The notes under the pieces were generated by a model, which was not told the origin of the DNA, made no database searches, and was given only the letters and a program-made list of their open reading frames with translations. From positions 68,572,001 through 68,636,000 of the forward strand of contig NC_058384.1 in assembly GCF_018350175.1 (NCBI RefSeq): a stretch of DNA of 64,000 bases. The letters are read 5' to 3'. The stretch's first letter is position 1, and the number at the start of each line of letters is the position of its first letter. A program made the position numbers and the translations under genes. Source of the stretch: Felis catus (Eukaryota). Positions 13,801 to 25,800 of this stretch are shown here, one piece after another.

Positions 13801-16800
13801 NNNNNNNNNNNNNNNNNNNNNNNNNNNNNNNNNNNNNNNNNNNNNNNNNNNNNNNNNNNNNNNNNNNNNNNNNNNNNNNNNNNNNNNNNNNNNNNNNNNN
13901 NNNNNNNNNNNNNNNNNNNNNNNNNNNNNNNNNNNNNNNNNNNNNNNNNNNNNNNNNNNNNNNNNNNNNNNNNNNNNNNNNNNNNNNNNNNNNNNNNNNN
14001 NNNNNNNNNNNNNNNNNNNNNNNNNNNNNNNNNNNAGGCACGGGATGACAAGAGCCCTCCGTGGGGTTGGGAACTGGGGCTTCTCAAAAGACTGTTACAG
14101 CGGATTTCTGAACTCTTAAGGTAGATAAGAGCCTTGGATTTCCAGAATCAGGTAATGCCATTCTCTTCTATTATCAATCACCTACCTCTTAAAATTCTTG
14201 AACCTGGTCCAGCTAAAACCTAAATCTAACGTTCTCAGAATGGGGCCGCGCCAAGTCAGAAAGCTGACAATCGTCCCCACCAAGGATTAGGGTGCACCTC
14301 GCCCGGTGAGAGGGGCAGCCACGAGGAGCGGGGCATCTCAGGATTTCTCCAGGTTGAATCCGGACTCACTCCAAGTGCTCCAACAGTTCAAAGCTCCATC
14401 TGGTTATTAGCTCCCAGACCTACTGCCCTCTGTGCTCAGCTCAGAGTTCCCCGATGATTGAAACCCTCGGGCAATTGACCCACCTGGGGCCCACACAGTG
14501 GTGAAGAACACAGATGCAGCCCCCTCCAAACCACCATGACACCACACATGAGCTTAGAATTTTGAAGAGCCCTCAATCCCAACTCTTTCAACTGCAAAAT
14601 CCTCCTCCCCACATTCATTTACAAGTCACTGAAAAAAGCCGATGGAACTGTCCTCCACAAGTGGGGTACAGGCCTCACTAGAGGAGCAGGGGACAAACTA
14701 GTTATCTTTCAGGTCAGTTCCTACATCTCTGCCCTGCCATCAGATATGCAGACTTTGCCAAGAGACCAGCCATACAAACGAAGGACCCTCTCCCTCTGTT
14801 GAGCTCTCGCACCCCACACCTTTCTCTCCATACCCTAGGGCTCCCAGCTAGGGAACGAAAAGGGGCTGTGTGAGAAAAGCAGTGCTACCGAAAGGTTTAA
14901 GCCCAACCCGCCGGGGCACACTGGCTAAGAACCCACCCAACGCTGCTGGGCAGTGATTCTCCTTGAGAACTACCGGTACCAGACGTTCTCACGCCTGTCC
15001 CCACTGACAGCACAGTAACGTCTTGGGGCCCCTTGTCCTGCGTCCCACCCGAAGTTTAGGCCAGCCAACATATTCTGACAGCCAATGCAGGCCCCGGGGC
15101 ACTCCCATCGTGAGGGCTGGACACATGTCCCGACACCAAGCACGTCTGCTGGTGCCGCTCGGACACCCATGTCGGTCAAACGTGGACAACCCTACGTACA
15201 GATGCTAGCACGCACACCTCACCAACCCTGTTCTCTCAAGCACATCCTCCTCCCCCAAAACTCCTTTAGTCACATCCTGCGGAAACCACGGACAGCTGGG
15301 GTCAAGGGGTGCTTACCAGTGTTGTATCCGTGAGACCCATATCCACTTGGCTGTTGGAAAGGGGTGGCTGATGCGTTCACACTGACATTCACACCATGCT
15401 GCTTGGAAGAGGTAGGAGCCACCTGGAGAGCAACAGGGCCAGAAGGGAGGTGAGATAGTGACAGAGAACCGTCACCAACCTGCCCCAGGAACTAGGCACT
15501 CAGATGGCTATGGTCTTGAGGCAAGCTGACCACAATCTGCTTAGTAAAATGGGTTCCCTACGGAGCTTTAGAAAATCTACCAGTGAAGTCAAGAAACGGT
15601 AGTTTGAAGGAAGGGCAAGTGCCAAGTGGCAGGAGGGAATGAATGACAGTCTAGGGTCCAAAGCTGGACTGTATCATCTCCCCTCTTTAGAGAACTCTAA
15701 GAACAGGTCATCTCTATCCCAGTACCTCCAATTCCAGCCCCCACCTCTCCCAGGACAGAGGGGGAATGGTTTTTCCTCATCCATTATTAAAAAATCATTT
15801 AGCCATGAAGGCAGCTAGGATAGGGTCCAGGGGCTGGGCTTCTTCACCAAAAGNNNNNNNNNNNNNNNNNNNNNNNNNNNNNNNNNNNNNNNNNNNNNNN
15901 NNNNNNNNNNNNNNNNNNNNNNNNNNNNNNNNNNNNNNNNNNNNNNNNNNNNNNNNNNNNNNNNNNNNNNNNNNNNNNNNNNNNNNNNNNNNNNNNNNNN
16001 NNNNNNNNNNNNNNNNNNNNNNNNNNNNNNNNNNNNNNNNNNNNNNNNNNNNNNNNNNNNNNNNNNNNNNNNNNNNNNNNNTCGTGAGGTCACCTATGAC
16101 AGGAGAGAGTAAATATACCTGCTGTCTATTTCACCCCCGACCCCAGGGCACAATTACTTCTCCTGGTTTCACAGGACTCCAGAAGACCCCGATTAAAGAC
16201 TGTTAAAGGTCAATTCTTTGAATTACATTTTCTCTCTGGCTCCATTTGGCATTGCTGAGCACACACTCTGCACTGTGCTAGTCAAGCCTGATGTCAAATG
16301 CCTGGGCAACGATGTGGGAGACAGGCTCCCAGAGTAAAGCATGATTTCAGCCCCACCCTCCCTGCCTTCCCCTGCTTTCCCTCCACAAGAACACTCCATG
16401 CTGCACTCAGCAGACAAGGACAGGTCAAGGAAAATGATACGTCAAAGAGGTCAGGCATAAAAAGAAGGATCACAGCCTAGTGAGGCAACCAGATTGCCGC
16501 TGTGAGCAGGGAACAGGAGCAGAGACAAGCGGAGGAAGGCCATTTCAACCCCTGCACTTCCCGGAAAACACTGGAGAATGGCAGAGAAGCCTGTCAGGGG
16601 GTCATCTGGAACCACCGGGAGACAACAAAGTAGGACGAGAAGGAAATGTCCGTCTTCAGTAGCATCCCAAATCTACCAACCCGGATTCATCACATCTGTT
16701 CCAGACCTTCCGCCAAAGGTCTTCATTAAAGTTAGAACTGGGTCCCTGCTCGCCATTAACCAGGTTTTTGCCACCAGTCCCAGCACACACTCCTGTCATC

Positions 16801-19800
16801 TGCACCCCCCCCCCAAGCCGTACCAGAGTAGGGGTTGCTGGCCAGGCTACCGTCCCTCCCCGTCAGCGGTGTGGTGGGCGTGGGAAATGGGATGCTGTAG
16901 TAATCCTAGAAGAGACAAAGGGCACAGACTGGATACCACTCATCTGCTCAGCGCAAGGTGAGAGGCGGAATGTTGGGAGCGCTGCATTTATCCAGCCGGC
17001 GAGCGAGCTGGCTGGAGCTGGTAAGAACTCCCCGTGACTCTTGCACACACTGTCCCCCTCGCCCGGCCACGGGCAGAGTCAGGCGAGGTCTACGGGTGTG
17101 CCCACCGGGAAACAGGTCGGGACCATCGGAACAATAATGCTCTCAAACCATTAGGTGTCGTCCCCAACAGTCCACTGCTACCAAAAAATAGATTCTCTTT
17201 CTGTAATTCAAAGTGTCTGACGTGTCAGAAAAAGCATCCAGAGAGCTCTAGGGTATTCTGAGCTATTTTTAAGGTTAAAACTTGTTTATTTTAAGGAGGT
17301 CACAACTGATGAAAAAAAAAAAGCTACCTGAGAGCTGACCCACTCCCCCAGTCCCTGATCTTGAATCAGGGTTTGCATCTGGATGTATAGGTTGGGAAAG
17401 AGCTAATGGGGGGGACTTATCAACTGAGCACCTGAAACAACCCCCTCAAGGCTGTAAGGTCGCTCTCTCCTCCTGCCCTAAGCACACACTCACCAAGGGG
17501 AATCTCGTCTGAAGCATCTGTAAGTCATCGTAACCATATACTTGCGGCTGGAAGACACAAGCATGTAACAGTGTTCACAGGGATTGGCTACCACAGAAGC
17601 CAGCCAAGGTGCCAAGGGACAAAGTCAGTCAACAGAACATCCATCCTCATTCTTAGGAAGAACAGAACATAGGTTACTTCCGGCAGTTGCCTTTAGGAAG
17701 AAAGAAGTGAAGTACAGACTGGGTGATTTATGAAAGGTCTCGAAACTTGCCATGAGCCACATACCACCGATCCAACCCAGAGGCAGCGGTGGGGCAACAG
17801 GAGCCAGGTAGGAACGGCCGTCAGATACACAGCTTAAGACTCATCTCTTTCAGAAAGGATTCACATCTTACTTGTTTTCTCTAACGTATGGGGACTAAGA
17901 CGTTATGCTGATTGTTAAAAAATGTGCAAACCATTATTGAACGTTTCCTGTGTATGATGCTCGCTTAGACACTTTCTGAGAGGCCAGAACGGGTGTCTTT
18001 TTAAACATTTCAAATGAATAGCCTTTACCTTAATTGGCACCAAATCTATGAATTTGACAGAAGATACACCGGGACACAAAGCTACCACTTGTCAAACCAC
18101 CTACTCTCCAGCAGTCCCAGATCAGGTCAGGGAGCTCTGTTCTTCCCAGGTCACAGCCAGCTGAGAACCTCACAGACAGGGACTCAATCCTACCCAAGAA
18201 AATAATTCTCTGAGAAACTGAAAGGGATTCCAGGTGGGCACTCTGGCCTTCAGCTTCCGAAGCCTAGAATTTGTTTCACACAGAGAAAATACACAATAGG
18301 AGGAGTGGCCTCCGTTTAGTCCTTCCCCTCTAGAAATGACGATTTTTGCCCCAAACTATGAAGATCAAAAACTGGTTTGCTTACGTGCGACAACCACTCA
18401 TTTATTCTCTATTTTAATTACAGTCTTCCACCCGAAGCTGGAGCTGTAAAGAGTAGCCACACCATCTTCATCTTTTGCAGAAGCTGCTTCGGCCTCACTT
18501 ACCGGGTAGGCGTGTAACAGCCCTGGAGCCATGATGTACGGATTAGGCAACAACGGCGGGACCCCAGGAGGGAGGTTGGGAGGAGCTTTTCCTAAAAGAG
18601 AGATCCCATTTTTACCCAGTCACACGATCACTCCTCTCCTCCATCCCAGAGGAATGCCGTCCACCTTCTACCTGAAGTCGTAGCGACCGAGCTCCGAGTC
18701 GAGGCTGTGACGGTGGAGTTGCTGCTGAGGCTGAGGCCTAAGCTGCTGCCGCTGTGGAGACTGGAGGAGACACTGACCACTGGGGGAGGCGCAGAGACCG
18801 TGCTGGACGTGGTGGAGAAAGTGCTGGAGGAAGAATGGAGGTTCGCCTCACTGTCCACGCTTGTGTGCTTCAAAAAGGGGGAGCAGTGGATGAGAAGAGG
18901 AAATAGTGATCAGCCAGACAGGTCAGGAGAGAGGCACAGCCCCTTCTGCAGGCGAGAGCACATCAGCCTCCCAATTAAAACGGCCGAGGCAGAGACCTGG
19001 GTGTCCTCCACCAAAGGAGTTAGAAGAAATCACGCAGTTTGCTCCGGCTGCCTGTTCCCCCAGAGGCGGCGTCAGGCAGGGATCTAGTTGACAACACCGG
19101 CTGCACGCCCTCCCGTCAGAGCACATGCGGACAAACACGCCAGGAACCAATGCTGGCTGGCCAGCGAACAGTTCGGGTCAGGGAAATACAGCCTAGCCTT
19201 CTCTCCCACGTTCTCCTTCAGTAGTTCAGCAAGTTCTAATGAACTTAAACCAGAAACAGTATACCTGAGGAAAAAGAGTCTTCTAGGGAAGCCTGAGCAC
19301 TCCTCTTCCCCTGGGTTTCTGGCAAACTAGACACCTTTGCCCCAAATGGGTCTTCCTCACCGTCTCAGCTTAACCCCACAAATGCTTGTCCTAAATCACC
19401 ATAGTGAACTTAATTCTCGGATCAAAAGCTTTCCTCTGGCCTTAACTTTCAGAGGATACCCGGACCCTGATCATCTTCAGCAGCCCTGTCCAACATACCC
19501 CCACCACCGAGTGAGAACGGCTGTACAGAGGCCCTCACAGGCTCTATCAGAGCTATGAAGCCCTGCACACCTCAGTGTTAAGAAGGAATAAAAAAAGGCA
19601 AAGCTTCAGAAGTCACGTCCAGGGCTTTGAGAATTGGCCCACAGCTCAGCAGTATCTCTAGGTTCTTCTGCCTCTCCTGCCTTCCAACATCCTTTTAGTC
19701 CATTCCTGCAACCTCAGATCAACGATCACTCAGCCACCGCACGAAGGGATTTCCAAGAATCTCTTCTCGGGAGTCTCGCCGCTAGACTCCTCTAAGTGTA

Positions 19801-22800
19801 AGAACACTGCCCTTCCTCTTCAGCCGCATCACACTTACCAAAAGAGTGGATGTAGAAGTGCGCCCCGAAGACGTGGATGACGAGAGGGTATTCTGCTGCG
19901 TCGATAACGTGCTGCAAAGAAGAGGCAGCCATCAGTCACGGTGGAGTGGTGACTGACCTGGAGCTTCCATCAAGAACACTGACGAGGACGTGCGTCGGTA
20001 TATGGGACCAGGAAGACCGGAGACCGGGGGGAGCACCGTGGCCGGCCAGGGTGGGGAGCAGACACAGCGAGCGGGGCTGCTGAGAAGAGAGAACAGGCCT
20101 CTCTCTCCTACTCCACAACTTGCAGGTCGTGCCCGCTAACACGGCCCCTGGCAGGCAGCAGGGACAGGGCGGAAGCAGAGAACGCTACCTCTCCTCCCAA
20201 CCCCAACATCCACCTGTGACCCAAATCACCTGCTGTGTTGTGTGGTGGGAGCATTTGCACTCTCCTCACCGTGGCTCAAGCCACCCAGGGGGGATGAGTG
20301 TTGACTGGCCGCTGTCAGCAAGGAGGCTGCGGACACCGTCTCGCTGAGAGGGGAGATGCCAGAAGTGGAAGGTGAGTCAGACTTCACTGCAGAGCCTGTA
20401 GCACCTGGAAATAAAGAATAATTATCTATCCCATCAGCGGAAAGGGAGTGTCTCTGACAAGTGAATAGACGACTCCAGTGTCGGCCGTCCCCGACACAAG
20501 AAACGAAGTTATTTAATAAGGGACTACTGTGATTACATAGACTCTCTTATTATTTTAAACTTTTTGGACATTTATTTTTGAGAGAGAGAGATGGACAAAG
20601 ACAAAGCCTGAGTGTGGGAGGGGCACAGAGAGAGGGAGACACAGAATCTGAAGCAGGCTCCAGGCTCCGAGCTGTTAGCACAGAGCCTGACACGAGGCTT
20701 GAACCAATGAATCGTGAGATCATGACCTGAGCCGAAGTCGGGACGCTTGACCGACTGAACCACCCAGGTGCCCCTAGACTCTCTTATTTCCAACATTTCA
20801 GAGCACTGATCTCACTTATCCAGTGAAGGGAACCAAGGGTACCATCACTCTTCTAAGTCAGAGAGCCCTGAGACAGGTCTGAGAGAAAACAGCAGGGCAG
20901 GACCACACGAAGACTGTGACCAGAGAAGCCAGGGCGCTTCCCACTATGATCGAAGAAACGCAAACATATGAAAAGGAGAGGAAAACCACTACAACATAGA
21001 GGAAAAAGCCTCACCTTCAACAGATTGCGTGGTCTGTAACTGTGTGGCCTGCACAGAGCTGAAGCCATTCTGGAACAAAAAACAGAAGCGTAAAAAACAA
21101 ACTCAAGTGAAAAGTCGAGTTAGCACAGACTCAGCTTAACTTCAACCAACAAATCTTTCAGAGACATTCTGTAAGCTAACCAAAGGATTAACATAATGCA
21201 GACGATCTAAACAAAACGAATTTAAAATGGCAACAAGATAGACCAACCCCATGTGACCCAAAGCAACAGAAGGCAGCGCCCCCAAACCGCTCAAGAGATC
21301 CCAAACCCAGAAGAGACACAGGAAAGGCCTGGGGGTCCCTGGGGGAGGTTGGGGAAGGAGGACCGTTCAGCCAAAGCACCCACTGTTCTGGCTGCACGGG
21401 ACTGTCAGTCCGCTCCACAGCACCTCTGGCATATGCTGTCCCCTCCCCGGGCCGAGACACGGCAAGGTGTCTATCGATACAGACCCAGAAGTCCAGCACT
21501 CAGATCTTCGCGCGAGAGAAAACAAGTACTTGACATTGATCCTACGACAAAGAACGAATCTCTAGTGCTGGCTTTAGTTTTCTGACTATGAATCTCCAGG
21601 CTTGCTGCAAAGAACTTTTTTATTTCTCCAACCACAGAAATGTGTTTTTTTCAGCTTCTCAGTCAGTACTTCTGTGGCATCCCAGCACCATTTGTCAAGA
21701 AGGGAAACACTAACACTGGAGACACTTTGCCCAATATTGTCTTAAACAGCACCCAGGGACTCTCAAAGCCACACTACCTTTGCCTGAGTCAGGTCCTTTT
21801 GGGGTGATGAGGAGATGGAGCTGGGGTACCGTCGAGTCTGTGTGGACCTCTGTTCATACAGAGGGCCCTGAGCATTATTTGGGGAGGTATAGGTTGTCGA
21901 CTGAATTGGACCGCTCTGATAACCGGACTCCTGACTCTGGTTAGATGAAATTGTAGATGAAGATTCACTGTGGGGAGCGCAGAAGGAAAATCTCAGAAAA
22001 CCAAAACAGAACAGATCCATGGATACTAAGGACATGCTGGAGACCTACTAGAGTAAGTTGATTATAATCAAAAGGAAAATTCCCAACTGCAAATAAAAGA
22101 CAATTTTCTCTTGACAGCAATAGGAATTTCCACATCCTACAGAATCAGGGGTCTGAACTCAAACTGCTCGCCCACATTCTGTCTTAAGAGAAAGAGGCAA
22201 AAGCAGAAAGGATAGACTTTTTTGATCCTTCTGATATATCCTAACATGAACCCTAAGCACAGGGAAAGTCATCTGTTTCTCACATTCATTTTAAGGAATT
22301 CTGGGCTCCTGGCTCTGTCAGAAACCCTATTAAATATAAGGTACTGGGCAGAAACTCTGAGAAAAACTATGAAAATATTCACATGACAACGGCAATTATA
22401 ATCCAATAGATTAGGCAAGGGCCTGATGCTTATATTTTTAAATTCAAGGGACTGAAGAAAGTAGCCTAGTCCCTTAAACTCTGCCAGAACTTTTTCTTTA
22501 AATATTTATTTATTTTAAAAGAGAGAGAGCACACGTGCACACAAGGCAGGGGCGGTGGGCAGAAAGAGAGGGAGAGAGAGAATCCCAAGCAGGCTGCGCG
22601 CTGCCAGCTGACGAGGGGCTTGACTTCACCAATCGTGAGAACATGACCTGAGCCGAAATCAAGAGTCGGATGCTCAACTGACCGAGCTGCCCAGATGCCC
22701 CATCCTCCAGGGTTTTCTATTGCTTATGTTGGCCCTTCATGACACTTACCAGAGAAGGTAGGAAAGGCTCTTTTTTACTTGTGTCATCTATTGATGCTAC

Positions 22801-25800
22801 GACCTCTTTCTTAGGAGGCCAGAGTCCTACCCTTCATATGCATAAGGCCCACACCAAAGGACCAAAGATGTCAAAAGCATTTTTAGCCAGATGCCAAGGT
22901 CCTCCTGTTAGAGGTGCTATACGCACCTCTTAAGAACTGGGCGTGGGGACGCCTGGGAGGCTCAGCCAGTTGTGCGTCCGACTCTTGATTTGGGCTCAGG
23001 TCATGATCTCATGGTTCAAGAGTTCCAGCGTGGAGCCTGCTTCGAATTTTTCTCTTTCTCTGCCCTGCCCCCCCAGCCCCCCCCCCCCAAAGGAACAGCA
23101 CACGGACATGTGCTCTCTCTCAAATAAAAACTTAAAAACAAAAACAAAGTGGTGGATGCTTCTGTTAAAAAACCAAAAAAACAAAAAACAAGAACTAGGC
23201 GTGGACACTCCAGAAGTATGCAAGAGGTATATTTCCATCTGTTTAGTGTTACAGATTATCTTAGTAACAGTATTTTGAAATGCTTAACAAAATGCTACAA
23301 TCGGCCACTTTTCCTTCAATCAGAGGCTTGGGCCTCTTTGGAGTTCTAGGAATCGGCAAGAGACAGAAAAAGTGGTAAAAGCCTGACAAAAAAAAGTCTT
23401 GATTGAGGTTTCCCCTCTACCTGGCTGTGCNNNNNNNNNNNNNNNNNNNNNNNNNNNNNNNNNNNNNNNNNNNNNNNNNNNNNNNNNNNNNNNNNNNNNN
23501 NNNNNNNNNNNNNNNNNNNNNNNNNNNNNNNNNNNNNNNNNNNNNNNNNNNNNNNNNNNNNNNNNNNNNNNNNNNNNNNNNNNNNNNNNNNNNNNNNNNN
23601 NNGAAGGTAATGGTTTTATTACAATCTTACTATAAGACTGATAAAAAAAAAAACCTGTTTCAAATTTGCAAACTATCCCCTCACGATCTTGATTCCCAAA
23701 TCCCGCATCCCCTTTGCCCTAAAATGACACCCATCACAAAGTTCAAGTACCTTAGAAGTCAAGGAGGCCTTTTTCTTCTGCTGTTTCAATTTCTGCTGAG
23801 CCGGCTGAGGGCTGGAGGACTGGTTATCTGAAGACCCGGGAGACATCTGTGGGGCCGAGGTGGATTTGCTCGGCAGAGGAGAAGAGGGCGGTGGAGGTGC
23901 AGCCGTGGAGGTGGCCACCGTGGGCGGCTTCTCCTGAAGGAACACCTCCATCATGGCCGAAGACGGGGTGAAAGCCTGGCGTTTGCTGAAGGGGCTGTGT
24001 ACTGTGGAATCGTCTGGGTTCTTCAAATCTGCACGGAGAGTCCCGGTATGTATGGGGTCAGGGATGCTGATGAACGTCAGTGAAACGCTATTATCCTCTC
24101 TCGAGCCATAAACAAGGCCCTCAAGAATCAGTACGTCACATAAACAAGTCCTCATCTAGGACTCACTCTCATTTCTTAAAGTGAGAATCACACATCGTAT
24201 CTGTTCTAAGTACAGCCTAATCAAATCAGCACTATTAGCCTGCTTGTGTAAGACAGGAACCTACAAACTGTCCATGTTTAGAGCGAAAGGTCCTACATAA
24301 TGCCAAGCCCACAAACCTCCTAAGGCAACGTTTTTTCAAACACTGAAGACCAATCTAGGGAGAGTCCAAACACTCCGTGGTCAACAGAAGACTGCAACTA
24401 CGATGTAGATGTCTAAACTCGGTTAAAGAGACACCGAGCCTCAAACTTTTTACTACTTCCTAGCTTTCTGAACTCAGCCTGTGTGACTAGAGGGTATCAG
24501 TCATGGGAAACTAGCCAGGTGGCTGTCCTCCTGACTTCAAGAAACATTCTCCACCCCCGACTCCTGCAAGCTCCTGGTGGTAATGTTCCAACACGTCACT
24601 TTCCACCCTTCTCACCGTACTGCACCAGCGATGGGGACTGTGAGGCGGAGCCCATGTCCCAAGAGGAGGTGGCGGTGGTTCCAGGCTGAGAATGCTGTGC
24701 CGCCAGCTGGGCCAGGGCCTGAGCAGTCTTGAACTGCTCCAAGAACTGAGAGCCCGTGGTGCTGCCACCTTTGGCTTCGCTGACATCGCCAAACCCTTTC
24801 CCCAACATGCTCACCTGCAGACCGACACAGAGAGGGATGAGAGAGACCTACGGCAAGCAGATGTGTTCACCACTTGGAAAGTCACTCAGACACAGGGGGA
24901 GCCAGGAGAGACCCGACAAGTAAAGAATATCACCAGACTGAGTACACAGTCTAGTCCATTAGAGCACAGTCTCTGGAGTCAGACTGCCTAGGTCCAAATC
25001 CTGGCTATGTAATTGTGGAAAAACCTATTTGTGATTTCTCTGTACTTCATTTTCCTCACCTGAAAGCAAATGAAAATAGTATTGCATAAAGCTGTAGGGG
25101 GATGAAATAATGTATTAAAGCATTTAATATGTGTATGGTACATAATAAGCATCATTGAAATTTACACCATTACTTCCTCCCTCCTCAGGTACAAAGATCT
25201 AACGACTGGTGGAATTTTTCTCCTTTAAAAAATTTTTTTTTATTTTTTTGTAAGTTTTTTTTTTTCAAACGCTTATTTATTTATTTTGAGAGAGCAGCAG
25301 GGGAAAGGGAGAGGGGGAGAGAATCCCAAGCAGGCTCCACACTCAGCATGGAGCCCAATGTAAGGCTCGATCTCACAACATGACCTGAGCCCAAATCAAA
25401 AGTTGGACACAACCAATTGAGCTACCCAGGCACCCCGGAATTTTTTTCCTTTTAAAGGTTTACATCAGGCATCTAGGTGGCTCAGTTGTTAAGCATCTGA
25501 CCTCAGCTCAGGTCATGATCTCACGGTTCATGAGTTCGAGCCCTATGTCGGGTGAGCAAGAGCCCCACTTCGGACAAACACAAACCCTACTTTGGGTGAG
25601 CCCTGCTTCTCTCTTTCTCCCTCTGCCCCTCACTCACTTGCACACGCACACTCTCAAAAATAAGTAAATAAATAAAAAGGCTTACATCAACCAGTATTTG
25701 ATTATTTTTTTAAACTGTTTTTTAATGTTTGTTTATTTTTGAGAGAGAGACAGAGTGTGAATGGGGTAGGGGCAGAGAGAGAGGGAGACATAGAATCCAA

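Noticed and set aside
8150-16206. ORFs containing long X runs
   Set aside because: They stay open only because Ns hide stop codons.
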